From: Octopus vulgaris
Lineage: Eukaryota
Reading direction: 5' to 3'
Length of the DNA stretch: 64,000 bases
NCBI GenBank assembly: GCA_951406725.2
Contig: OX597817.1
Span: forward strand, 89,032,001-89,096,000
Shown: piece by piece, positions 1 through 12,699 of the stretch
Numbering within the stretch: the first letter of the stretch is position 1
Layout of the letters: every line of letters begins with the position of its first letter
Position numbers and translations under genes: made by a program
The notes under the pieces: generated by a model
What the model saw: the letters and a program-made list of their open reading frames with translations, nothing else
What the model was told of the DNA's origin: nothing
Database searches by the model: none

Positions 1-675
1 CGCGCCCGTCGCATCGACCGCACTACCGCCTTGTCTCCTTCCCCCCGCCCACCCCCCAACCGCACCCCCTTCCCCCTCCTTTTCCACCCCTCTACCCTAC
101 CCCTTCGTCGCAAGATACTACGTGCCTTCCGTCGCCTCCAGCTTGATCCCACCACCCGCCCCATTTTCCCTAACCCACCCCTGTCCTCTTTCAAACGAGC
201 CCGCAATCTGCGTGACCTCCTGGTCCACAGCACCCTCTCCCCTTCCCCCTCAGCCCCACACGGATCATTCCCTTGCTCTAGATCCCGCTGCAACACTTGC
301 CCCTTCATCACCAACACCACCGCTGTCACCGGCTCCAACCTGCATACTGTACGCATTAGGCACTCTTTTACGTGCACCTCGTCTGGCCTTATTTACTGCA
401 TTAAATGCAACCTATGCGGGATGCTGTATGTAGGTCAGACGGGACGCCGGTTGTCCGACCGTTTCACTGAACACTTGAGGGACGTTCGCCTACACTCTTT
501 TTCTCCCGTCGCACGCCACTTCCGCTCGGCCGGCCATTCCCGAGATGACATCTCAGTGTTTGGTCTCGCCCCCCACAATGGTCGCCCACTTTCCAGGCTC
601 CACTTGGAGCAACGCTACATCTTCACCCTACAAACTACCACCCCACACGGACTTAACACAGCCCCCTCCTCTTGA
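1..675 (+). CDS. C-terminal end of a Penelope-like retroelement ORF (Cys-rich linker + GIY-YIG endonuclease), open at the 5' window edge
   Basis: Stop-free frame with FKRARNLRDLLV, CxxxxCxxC (PCSRSRCNTCPFI), FTCTSSGLIYCIKCNLCGMLYVGQTGRRLSDRFTEH, SPVARHF, LEQRYIFTLQTTTPHGLN. A Cys-rich linker ahead of a C-terminal GIY-YIG is typical of Neptune-type PLEs. Confidence 0.92.
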   Translation, partial: RARRIDRTTALSPSPRPPPNRTPFPLLFHPSTLPLRRKILRAFRRLQLDPTTRPIFPNPPLSSFKRARNLRDLLVHSTLSPSPSAPHGSFPCSRSRCNTCPFITNTTAVTGSNLHTVRIRHSFTCTSSGLIYCIKCNLCGMLYVGQTGRRLSDRFTEHLRDVRLHSFSPVARHFRSAGHSRDDISVFGLAPHNGRPLSRLHLEQRYIFTLQTTTPHGLNTAPSS

Positions 676-1477
676 GACCGTTTTTTTTTTTTTTTTTTTC
701 CGGACACACCACCCACACACACCCACCCACCTACCTACCTCCAACCCACCTACCTACCTCCCACACGCCTGTTCACACACACACATACGTAGACCCATCT
801 ACGTACATACATTCACACATTTAATCACACACACTTACAGACACACATGCACATACACACACACATACATACATACACACACGCATACATACTTACACAC
901 ACACACACACACACAGACATACATACACACATACACACACATACATACGCACATACATACACACACACTCACACACACTCACCGCACGTACATACTTCAC
1001 ACACACACACATGCACACATACATGTAGGCACATACATACATACATACCCACACATGCACACCCGTACACTGAATGCACACACACATACACCTTTTTGCA
1101 TCCAGGCAGCCCCCCTCTTTTCTGCTTTCCGGTTTTGGCTGATGGATCCTCGGTTCCCGCGTAGCGGGGCGTTCGAGGGCCTTTGCGCTCGCGCGCCTTG
1201 GCGCGCGCTGGGGGCTCGGTCGGCCCCTTTGGGCTTGCGTTGCACTGCTTGTGCGTTGTGTGCGTGAGCGCGCTTCGTGTGTGTGGGCTTGCTTCGGATG
1301 TGCGCTTGCGTATGTTTGCATACATACCCACACACTCGCATGCATCCCTACCCACATACATACACGCACACCTACTCACACACACACATACACACACACA
1401 CATACCCGCACACACACACACATACATACATACACACACATACCCACTTCAGACATACACACACACATACAGACATA

Positions 1478-1534
<57 letters not shown>

Positions 1535-3591
1535 ACGCACACGTACACATACACACACACACACACCCACATACATACATTACACTTGTATACACACACA
1601 CTTACATTCATACACACACACACCTACACAGCCATACCCTCACTCAGACACACACATCTACCTACACACACACAAACACACACTGACACACACCCATACA
1701 TACATACATCTACACACTCACGCCTACACACATACATACACACATACATAAACACACACACATACACATACACACACATACGCACACACGCATATACTTA
1801 TACACATGCACACACACACACATACATACATACACCCATATACATACACACACACATACCTACATACTCCTATACGCACATACATACACACAGACATACA
1901 CACATACACACTCACACAAACATACACACACACATACTTACACACACACTCACCTGCACGCGCACACACATGCATGACAAACACTCAAACACTCATACAC
2001 TCACACTCACATACGCACACACCAACATAAACACGCACACGCACACACACACCTACACTCCCACACACATACACACGCACCTACATACACACACGCGCGC
2101 ATACACACGCATACACACATACATTACACACGTACACACACACCTACATACACATGCATACACACACACACACAAACATGCACGGACACACCCAGACATA
2201 CATACATACACCTATATACACACGCCTACACACCTACATACACACACATATACACACGCCCACACAGCTACATACACACACATACATACACACATACACG
2301 GACACACCCATACATACTTACATACATACACCTATACACACACGCCTACACACCTACACACACACATGCACACACACACACATGTACGCACATACACACA
2401 CATATACGCACACACATATATACCCACACACATGCACACACACACATACGCACATACATGCACGCATGCACACGCGCACACCTACACGCATACACACACA
2501 CACACACACGCACGTACACATACATACATACACACACGCATACATACACCCATACACATACATGCATCCTACACACACATACATACACACTCACACATAC
2601 ATACACACACACGCACTCACTCACACACCTGTATGTTCGCGCACACACATGCACATACACACACTTCCCCACACCCACACGTACATACATACACACTCAT
2701 ACACACATACACACACACACACACACACGGACATACATCTATGCACACACATATATACACACATACTCACATACATTCATCGGACACACTGCCACCCAGA
2801 CATACACACAGACACACTCACACATCCACACGCACACATACGTACGCGCACACTCGCAGGCTCGCGCACACACGCGTTTGCGCCGGTTCGCGCACGCATG
2901 CGCCCCGCATGCACCTCGCCCTTGGACCCGACGAGACCTCCCGCCCGTTCCTGGGATGTCGCTTGTCGTTGGGTTTTCCCACGCCCGTCTCCGCGGGACC
3001 ACTCTTCCATCTTCCCCTCCGCTGGAGTCCTTTTCCTAACCCCCCCTTTTTTTCGTTACACACACGCGCACACATATACACACATTGCTTAAACATATAC
3101 ATCACTCTTACACACATTCAATCTACTCGCCACTAATACTACCACGACACTGGACACACACACACACTACTACTCAACACACGCTGGCACGCTACATACG
3201 CCCCCACCCCTTCCCCTCCCTCCCTTCCTCCTTCCTCCCTTTTCTCACTACTGACCTTTGTCTGCTATGCTGCTGCTATGTTGACCACCGTCTCGCCCTA
3301 CCTCACACGCCTACACACAGACGCACACACTAACACATACATATATTTTTTGTTTTTTTACCTCGCCTCACACACACACATACACACACGCACACGCACA
3401 CACTCACACATACACACACATCTGTTGCGTTACCAACCTTGTCTCCACTCTTTTGCCTTTAAAAACCCACTTTGCTCTTGTTATCGTAAACATCCGCCTT
3501 TCACCATGTGCTACTCCTAACACCAGCCGTTTTTTTCTCTATCTCCGTTGCCCGCTCCGGGATCTTTCTTTCCTCTCTCTTCCTTCTTTAT

Positions 3592-3626
3592 GTTTCCGAC
3601 GAAGAGCTCCGCTCGAAACGTCATAC
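3592..3626 (+). ncRNA. Minimal Penelope-type type I hammerhead ribozyme (U4C core)
   Basis: GUUU CCGACGA A GAGC-UCC-GCUC GAAAC GUC AUAC: 4-bp stem II, palindromic ACGU stem III, GUC site, stem I with one mismatch. Confidence 0.75.
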
Positions 3627-3712
3627 CTCCCTGCTTCCATTTCCTGAGCGCCTATTAATAATAATACTGTAATTGTTCCATTGTTGTTGTTTTTTTGTTT
3701 CCCGTTTGGATT

Positions 3713-3783
<71 letters not shown>

Positions 3784-3797
3784 CATACATACATACA

Positions 3798-3844
<47 letters not shown>

Positions 3845-3847
3845 GCG

Positions 3848-4010
3848 TATGTGTTTGTCTCCACAACATCGCTTGACAACCGATGCTGGTGTGTTTATGT
3901 CCCCGTAACTTAGCGGCTCGGCAAAAGTCCTGGGTCGATTTGCTCGAGTAAAGGCGGTGCTCCAGAATGGACGCAGCCAAAATGACTGAAACAAGTAAAA
4001 GAATAAAAGA
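3848..4010 (+). mobile_element. 3' half of the CORE-like microsatellite-containing SINE
   Basis: CGCTTGACAACCGATGCTGGTGTGTTTATGTCCCCGTAACTTAGCGGCTCGGCAAAAG...GACTGAAACAAGTAAAAG recurs at about 6225, 22300, 29330 (-), 41300, 47680, 49450 (-) and 56380 (-). Confidence 0.8.
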
Positions 4011-4510
4011 ATATATATATTGGTTTTTCATTATATTCCCCTTAATATGATAATCAAAATAAGTATTGGCCATCCCTATCCTTCTTCCTTCCAATTATCA
4101 CCCCTTTCTCATCAGACATTCCCTTACTACTAACTCTACGCCCTACCCTTTTGTGTAGATAAAGCTAGATCAATGGTCCAGTACACTGAGTCTAGTAGAT
4201 TGTCGAACATTAATTGATTTATCACCATTTACTAGAATACAGTTGACAATTGCCAATGGATTTGATTCTAAACGGTTGAAGACTACATTCTTCATAAAGT
4301 CTTCTAAATGTAAGTTACTAGGTCACCACTCTTTTTATCCTGTCCCCCCCTGCTACTCTCTAAATTATAGTAAACTTAACATGGTATGCGTTATTTTCTA
4401 AACTCATTCTGCCACAAATATGGCAAAGGAAACAAAGTAAATATTTTGAGTACCATTATTGATGTGAATACGTTAAGGAAATATTGTATACTTATGTTTG
4501 AAGTATATGT

Positions 4511-4597
4511 GGTCGTCTGACGAGAACGGCTTCTTTCAAATGATGTGATGTTTTCACTAATCAGTTAAAGGAGTCGCTTGAAACGGCCGTAGTGAAT
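4511..4597 (+). ncRNA. Type I hammerhead ribozyme in a non-coding repeat (about 4330-4620, paralogous to about 34700-34990)
   Basis: CUGACGA 4517-4523, 13-bp stem II GAACGGCUUCUUU/AAAGGAGUCGCUU with one mismatch, GAAAC-GGCC-GUA (palindromic ACGGCCGU). Stem I is weak and G-U rich. Confidence 0.75.
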
Positions 4598-4639
4598 TTT
4601 CGCCTGTACATCTTTGTTTTATATATATATAAGAAAAAT

Positions 4640-5250
4640 GCAATAAATACTAAAAAACGTACACATAGGAAAGACACAGAAGGACCCTAACTCTTCATCA
4701 GTTATCGACTGAAATACTAGTACACAATTTCATGCCTTTAACGACAAGACTGACAACTTTGTATAGTGGCGGCACTCGCAAAATTTGCGGAGAATTGGGG
4801 CTCAAGTAAACAAAACGATAGAGAGTAGACGTTCGAAAGTAAACAAATGTAATTTGAAACGATTGACGAAGATTGAATAAATATCGCCTTTCTGTCAAAC
4901 AGACGGGAATGATGGGTAATGCCTGGAAGAAATCCTGAATGGATATAAAAAGAGAAGAGATAGATGTTGACCGGCAAGCTAAGCGTCTGGTGGCAAAAGA
5001 CAGACAGATGAGAAAATTAGTCACGGGTCACATGTGGGCAGTAGATAGAAGGGAAAGAGGATGAGAGAGAGGGAGAACGAGCGGCAGAGAGAGGAAGGAA
5101 GGAAGGAAGGGAGAGAGGAAGGGAGAAGGTCTACAATTACAAGTGAGAAAACGAGACAGAGGAAGAGAGGAAGTTGGGATGTTAGAAAAGGAATATGAAG
5201 ACGAGAGAGAAAGAAAGAAGATAGCGTCCCAAAAAATATATAAAACCTTA
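4640..5250 (-). mobile_element. Non-coding element carrying re-ordered hammerhead copy A
   Basis: On the minus strand: CT-rich 5' part, CACATGTGAC motif, T-rich linker, ribozyme and T-rich 3' end. Same layout as 18190-18830 and 45205-45680. Confidence 0.6.
4685..4800 (-). ncRNA. Re-ordered (NUH-GAAA-CUGANGA) hammerhead-like RNA, copy A
   Basis: Minus strand: X AAUUCU | hairpin C-CGCAA-AUU-UUGCG-A | Y GUGCC ... CAGU-C-UUGUCG ... GGCAU-GAAAUUG ... CGAUAA-CUGAUGA-AGAGUU. All helices can form. Confidence 0.75.
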
Positions 5251-5458
5251 CTGTTAACAAAAGTCAGGATGCGTGGCGTTCAGTTACACAATAAATGAAA
5301 AATGCATTAATAACGAAAAGAACGTACACACCCGCCCACACATACACACAATAAATAAATAAATAAATATATATTAATAATATAGAGTAAAATCAGTAAT
5401 AATTTTACCAGGTAGCCAGTACGGAAATAAAAACCTTTTAGGTAAATTTTACAAATTA

Positions 5459-5868
5459 TTTTATAATTATATACATAATTATAACTAGGGGTTAACTTTA
5501 TGCTTCGCCACGTACTGATTAGAAATAGACGCTAAAGTCTTTTTTTACTACCATAAAATCTCCGTGAAATAACACACTTTTAATGTAGGCAAAAGAAAAG
5601 TGATGAATCAACAAGGTCGGTCAATTATGAACGCGTTTCGAACTTAGTAAAACCTATTACTTACTAATATGTTTTACTTTAAGTTCGAAATGCGTTCATA
5701 ATTGACCGACCTTGTTGATTCATCACTTTTTTTTTTTGCCTACATTAAAAGTGTGTTGTTTCTCGGAGATTTTATGGTAGTAAAAAAGACTTTAGCGTCT
5801 ATTTCTAATCAGTACGTGGCGACGCATAAAGCTGACCCCTAGTTATAGTTATGTATATGATTGTAAAA
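5459..5868. repeat. Inverted repeat, about 195-bp arms
   Basis: 5459-5653 is the reverse complement of 5671-5868 with scattered mismatches. Both arms carry GAAA(C/T)GCGTT next to the centre. Confidence 0.92.
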
Positions 5869-5984
5869 TGACACACACACACATATATATATATTCACAC
5901 TCATACGTTTGTGTGTGTATGCTTTTATATTTTTTACTAGTTTCACTGTATTTTTACGAGTTTTGCTATATCCCAACTGTATTG

Positions 5985-6130
5985 GGACATTGGATTAAAG
6001 GGTCTACTTCCGAACCATGTGGTCTTAGGTTCAGTTCTACAGCGTGGCACCTTGGGCAAGTGTCTTATGTTATGGTCTAGGGCCGACAAAAGCTTTTTGA
6101 GTGGATTTGGTACACCGAAACTGAAAGAAT

Positions 6131-6164
<34 letters not shown>

Positions 6165-6405
6165 TGTATGTATGTATGTATGTATGTATGTATGCATGTA
6201 TGCGTCTTTGTGTTTATCCACCACCGCTTGACAACCGAACTTGGTTTGTTTAGGTTCTTGTAAATGTAGCGTTTCGGCAAAAGAAAACGATAAAATACGT
6301 CTCAAGCTTAAATAGTAAGTACGCGAAGGATTTTGTTCGACTAAACCTTTCAACATGATGCTTCAGCATGGCTGCAGTCCAATGACTGAAACAAGTAAAA
6401 GATAA
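5985..6405 (+). mobile_element. Full-length tRNA-derived CORE-like SINE with an internal (TATG)n
   Basis: B-box-like GGTTCAGTTC, CORE-like GGCACCTTGGGCAAGTGTCTT, microsatellite, then the conserved 3' half. 5' halves also at 16925-17040, 18030-18187, 20780-20925, 34185-34332, 49177-49325 (-), 50811-50960 (-) and 56700-56850 (-). Confidence 0.85.
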
Positions 6406-6477
6406 ACGGTATACACACCATACATGCAAACACACACGTACAAGAACATATATATATATATATAAAACACACGCACT

Positions 6478-6565
<88 letters not shown>

Positions 6566-7649
6566 AATACATGCTCATGTATATATATATACACATCTGT
6601 CTGACTTCCAAATAATTTCTACTCAAAAAAAATTTCCCTTAACAAAGCTATCGTCGTCTCGAGGCTATGGCAGAACATACTTATCCTCGATACATCCGCT
6701 TTGGGAATAAACGTGGAACCAACTGTCTGCAAAGCAAACTTCTCGACCACACACCCATGGCTCTCACGACACACACATACACACATTTCTGTTGTTTTTA
6801 AAACATTTATCTGTTTCGAACATTTGAAAATAGCTTTAAATAAATATCTTTATTACGATTTGAAATATTAAAAATAGATTTCAACATATTTCTAACTCTG
6901 AAAAACTTTGTTTCTGTTTTTGCTTCTATGTCTATGTTGATGGCTTACAAATAGCTTCAAATAGCCGAAATGTATAGACTAGCTTTTGAGTACATGTTCT
7001 CATAAATGGCAACCAACAGGTTCATATACACACGCATGCACACACATACATACACACACACATGCACACATACATACATACATATACACACACACACACA
7101 TACACATACACACACTCATGCATACACGCTCACATACACATACATACACGTTGCTTAAAATAAAAGAGCTCAACTCAAAAGGACCAAAACGATTCACGGT
7201 GCTAAATGATAGAAATGAAGTTAGCCACTGTCATTAAAAGAGTACTGGGAGTACTCGATACATAGAATGTAGAACTGGACTAATAATTCAACGGCATCTC
7301 TTCAGTTATAGGGCCATCAAAAAAAAAAAAAAAAAAGCAAGCTATGAAAATGATCGTTAAACAAAGGGAAATTACTGTGTGATTGACCATTATTAAGACA
7401 AAAGAGCTATTAGAATGACCGCTAAGTAAGGGGAGAGAGTAAAGGTAAGGGAGTAAAAATGTTCATAGCAATTGCATAAGCGCGCATGACCATACATACA
7501 CACGTGCGCTCGCACACCCATGTACATGTGCCTATATGTATATACTCATCCACCCTCACTTGAAACACACACATGCTCACCCACACATTCGCCAAAAAAT
7601 ATATACATACCCGCATACATGCTCGCACACACATACAAAAGGTTTCAAG

Positions 7650-8770
7650 CTAACGATTCTGTCAGCTCGCCACCTTACACTGCCTGAATAATGGTTTCAA
7701 ATTTTAGGAATTTCAGAGGAGGGGTTAAGTTGATTGAATCGACCCTAGTGCTCAACAGGTACTTATTTCATCGACTCCAAAAGGATGGAAAGCAAAGTCG
7801 ACCTCAGCGGTATTCGAACGCAAAGCGTAAAGAAGTGAAAGACATGCTGCTAAGCATTTTCTCTGACATTCTAACGACGCTCTTTCAATAATAACAATAA
7901 TCCTTTCTAATTTTGGCACAATGCCTGGAGTTTTGGGGGAGGGATATCATTGATTAAATCGACCTCTGCTGAACTGTCACTTATTTTATTGATCCTGAAA
8001 GGAAGGCAAAGTCGACCTCGGTGGATTTGAACTCAGAACCTAAACAAAATACCACTGAGCATTTTGCCCAACGAGCTACAGATTCTGCCAGCTCTACTAC
8101 AACTACTAACAATAATAATAATCCTTTCTACCATAAGCACAAGGCCTGGAATTTGTGGGGAGGGGGATAGCCGATCAAATCGACCTCAGTACTTGACTGG
8201 TACTTAATTTATCGACCCCAAAAAATGAAAGGCAAAATCGACCTCGGCAAAATTTGAAGGCAGAACGTAAAGACGGGTGAAATGCTGCTAAGGATTTTGC
8301 CCGGCGTACTAACGATTCTGCCAGCTCATCGCCTTACTAACAACAATAATAACAATCCTTTCTACTAAAGGCACATGGCCTGGATTTTGTGGGGAGGGGG
8401 AGAGTCGATCACATCGACCCCAGTACCCAACTGGTACTTAGTTTATCGACTACGAAAGGATGAAAGGCAAAGTCGACCTCGGCGGGATTTGAACTCAGAC
8501 CGTGCAGACAGACGAAATACCTATTTCTTTGCTACCCACAAGGGGCTAAACACAGAGAGGACAAACAAGGACAGACAAGCAGATTAAGTCGATTATATCG
8601 ACCCCAGTACGTAACTGGTTCTTATTTAATCGACCCCGAAAGGATGAAAGGCAAAGTCGACCTCGGCGGAATTTGAACTCAGAACGTAGCGGCAGACGAA
8701 ATACCGCTAAGCATTTCGCCCGGCGTGCTAACGTTTCTGCCAGCTCGCCGCCTTACTAACAACAACAATA
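7650..8770 (-). mobile_element. Tandem cluster of about five copies of a second tRNA-derived SINE
   Basis: Repeated ATCGACCCCGAAAGGATGAAAGGCAAAGTCGACCTCGGCGGAATTTGAACTCAGAAC...CTGCCAGCTCGCCGCCTT units separated by AAC/AAT runs. The central domain resembles Meta-type SINE domains (from recall). Confidence 0.88.
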
Positions 8771-8929
8771 ATAATGAAATGTTATCTTTAGAGACCACAA
8801 AGATTATTTTTAAGAAATGTGATCGATACAGTGTGGGATTACTTAAAACTGGCTGAAAAAATGTATAAACATCAAAAATATAAAATTTAAGAAGACTGCA
8901 AAGAGAGACCTCCGAAGGTTACACGTGGA

Positions 8930-10230
8930 AGTGCTTTTCTCCAGCTGTCCTTCTCCAATGTTCAAGCACATGTTCAGAGGAAGTCCGTTTACTCGGCCAT
9001 GCTCCTTTCTTATCCACCTTTCAATAAATTTGTTGGGAAGTAGTACTTCTCTCCCCAACTTCATTTTCCTTTTCAAGTTGATGATAGTTTGGCCAAAAAG
9101 GAAAGTATCTGTCTTCAGGCCTTTCTTCTCGTTCAGAGCACAACTTCTTTCGCCTACACATGTACGTGTAGGGCGGTTTCGTTGCCCAGCGCGTATCTCA
9201 GATCGGCCCGACGGACACTACTTTCGTGTCTGCAGAGTTTATCTGGAACCGGTATTGCCACTCCCAATCCTTTAGAAGTGCCAGCCCAGGGATTTCTGGA
9301 AATTATCCATGAATACCGGTCCGAGAGCCCCCTGCATCAGTCAAACGAATTGATTTTCATTAACGCCGAGCGTTACCTCGATAACGTCCTTGCTTTTGTC
9401 CACATCTAATCATCTATAGAAAGCCAAGGTGGAAGTTCTGCCTACTGTATTACCCGACTTGACATTGTAGATGCCAAGCACTCTGTTTCGGACTGTAGAT
9501 CTGTGAAAGAAACGAGTTATAGAAAAAATTGCACCTCATAAACCTCGATCACACGTGTTCACTGTGTTGGAATTGCTGAAAATGTTACAGTCTCAGCACG
9601 TGCCTGAGCAGCATCAGTGATGGCATGCTCAGTCCTCTAGGAAGAAGGCATTGACAGTAAGTGGAAACCTCGATCACTGGTACATATTCCTTTTACAAAA
9701 AGCGGGAAAGCAATTGCTCTAACTCAGTGAGACGTGAACCGGGGCAAGGCACAAAAGTTAAACGATCATAGAAATTGGACTTAATGTAGGAATTCGACAT
9801 CTCTGCTCCGCCTTACAGAAATAGCTTCTTCTCACATATTTCTAGGTGAAATTAGGCACTCTGCTCATCTTCTTGTCCCAGGTGCTAGCAATTTGTTTGG
9901 TCTGTCCGCTCAGCGCTCTATGATGTAGCTGGATAGCATAGATCTACCTTTCTAGGTGCCGAGCAGCAGACGCACCTATTGATTTTAGCTGCTGTTACAG
10001 CCACATGCTCCTTAAGAGTGGTGCCGATCATCTTGATATGCTTGGTTTCCGGCGCTATTGTGCTGACGTCATCTGCACATGCCACATCATAGACTGCGCA
10101 GATGCTCTTCAGTATCTCCAGTTCCCGCAGTGGTGGCTTTAGATTCAGTACACATAGAAAATGCGACAGAGGACAGCCTTGACAGACCAATTAGATGATT
10201 CTGAATGGCTTCGACGGGTGGCCATTTATA
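8930..10230 (-). pseudogene. Degraded L1/Tx1-like LINE reverse transcriptase fragment
   Basis: VCQGCPLSHFLCVLNLKPPLREL...VACADDVST matches the RT QGCPLSP and YADD motifs. Many stops and frameshifts; the lower boundary is approximate. Confidence 0.7.
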
Positions 10231-11276
10231 GCAACAACATTGTTATCAATGGAGACAGAATGAAAAGAATTCCAGCCGTGGCCATACAGCCATTTTCCTA
10301 TATCATGGAACTATAGAATCATATTTTCTAAAATAGTACGGCATACTTTGAGAGAGTTAGGTCACTATTTCTAGCAAATCTAGCGACCAGATAGGGCGTT
10401 TCGGTTTACAGAAGCTCAAACCAAATATTAACCACACTATTTAGACCAATCTGGGAGGAACTGAAAAGATTAATGGATGTTGCGCCTCCTGTTTTGTATA
10501 ATTGATAACAACAGCTGCTTGTATGCTTATGTATAAAGTCTCTCCTCCGTTTGGTTTATCTGTGTAGTTAATATATACACATGCGTGTGTGTTCGTGCGC
10601 TTTCGTATATGTGTTCTTATATACATACATATGTATGTATGAACTTTTGTACGAATGTATATCTGTATCTGTGCAACATTTGGAATCATGTGTAGATGTG
10701 TAGGTTTTGATTTAAGTATGTATTATCATAAATTATGTATGTATGTATGTATGTATGAATGTATGTATGTATGTATGTATGTATGTATGTATGTATGTAT
10801 GTATTACATTGATTCATGCGCGTTGGTGTGAGTCTGTCCATGTGCATATATAATACATGTATGAGTGTGTCTATGTGTGTATGAATATATACATATAGAT
10901 ATATACATATATGCATACACATGTGTGTGTGTATATATATATATGTATATATACATTTATGTATGTGTGTGTGAGAAAGAGAAAGAGTGAGTATATGTGT
11001 ATTTATATGTGCGAATGCATATGTGCACGTACATGCCTGCTAGGAAAAGAGGGAAAAAGAGGCAACATAATTGTTGAAAAGTGAACAGCTAAAATTCTGA
11101 TTAGTTCCGTCTGTCGGCCGAATTCGGCTACCATACCAACCGACAGATGCGCACATACATATGCAGACACACACACGCATATAGACAATCACATGCACAT
11201 ATACACAAATATATGCAATCAGGCGCATCAGACGTACATGTAGCATATATGCTACTTACATATGTATGCATGTATA

Positions 11277-11319
<43 letters not shown>

Positions 11320-11664
11320 TATATATATGTGTGTGTATGTATGTATACATATATATAGTCTTTATATAATATATGTATATATGTATGTATACATATATAT
11401 AGTCTATCTATCTATATATATATATATATACACATATATGTATATATATGTATACACATGTATCATATATAAGCAAACAGTTGTGCATATATACATATAT
11501 ATATATGCATATGCGTGTGTATAATATGTATACACACACACATTTATGTGCAAAGAGATGTAAACAGATACATCAAAGGCATACACATACATACAGGTAT
11601 ATATTCAGATATACACAGACAGTCCTATCAAATACACATACACACACACACGCACAGACGCACA

Positions 11665-11750
<86 letters not shown>

Positions 11751-12261
11751 GAGACACGTATGCAAGACACGCATCAACACATACGTAATTTTTTGATGCT
11801 CTGCATACGCACTCCTTAGCGCGTGAATACATGCATTCTACACATTTTCTCCAGCGTAATTATAAAGCCAATTATTTTATTGTACTTTATAGAAATGAGA
11901 GACAGCAAGAATTAAAAAACAACAACAAAAAACAAAGAACAGAAAAAGAAATTAGAAATAAAAAAAGAAAGCAAAATTACAAGAAATTTTGTAATTTGAC
12001 TGTCAGAAGTAACTTGGTGCTTAGTTAAATCAATCAATATAATATCGTTAAAAACGTGCATACTATTTGCAATATATTGTGCAATCCTATTTGAGCGCAT
12101 AATGCAACGTTCGTAAACAGCAGTCGAATGTGCTGACCGAGACTACCAGCTCTCTTATTCATATTTCATTAGAGAAATGGTATTGAAAAGAAAGCGTGTT
12201 AATATGTTTAAGTCCAAACCACACTCTTACACACACACACACAAATATATATATACATACA

Positions 12262-12293
<32 letters not shown>

Positions 12294-12514
12294 CATGTGT
12301 GTGTGTGTGTGTGTGTGTGCATGATGTTACGTTATGAAATATTAATCCTAGGCAAATTCTAGTATATTGAGGTCATCTATTTTATTTCCATTTCGTGCTG
12401 TTCTGCTCTTTGGTTTGTCTTTCGACGATTCCAGTGGTATTATCCTGTTTCTTGTAAATAGAAATTGCTGGAGAACAGAGGCTGCATGTAATTCCCGCAC
12501 GACCTTTCTAATAG

Positions 12515-12697
12515 CAAAACCTAACCAATCACTCGAAACTGAGAGTGAAAATCGATCAAAGTACTTGATTGGTACTTTATTGACCTGAGAAAGTTGAAAG
12601 TTAATGTTGATCGCGGCGGGATTTGAATGAAGAGTGTAGAGAGCCAGAACAAATAGCTCGAACATTCTAACCGACCTCTTAACGATTCCGCCAGTTA
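12515..12697 (-). mobile_element. Degenerate copy of the second SINE
   Basis: GTACTTGATTGGTACTTTATTGACCTGAGAAAGTTGAAAG...GGATTTGAA...AACGATTCCGCCAG. Confidence 0.65.
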
Positions 12698-12699
12698 AG

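Larger units (their letters stand above)
1..3717 (+). mobile_element. Penelope-like element 3' part: ORF end, long CA-rich 3' region, hammerhead and terminus abutting (TA)n
   Basis: Stop at 675, T tract 681-699, CA-rich low-complexity DNA with two GC-rich islands, HHR at 3592-3626, end ...TTTGGATTAAAA then (TA)n. The terminus is homologous to 44135-44358 (minus). Continuity across the CA-rich part is inferred. Confidence 0.6.

Noticed and set aside
2924-2975. CCGACGA followed by a hairpin
   Set aside because: No GAAA follows the stem, so it is not a hammerhead; kept only as part of a structured island.
545-3136. Long His/Thr-rich ORFs, including the 619-aa one, and all similar HT, YI, CV and poly-amino-acid ORFs in the track
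   Set aside because: They are translations of stop-poor microsatellites, open in several frames and on both strands, with no domain signal.
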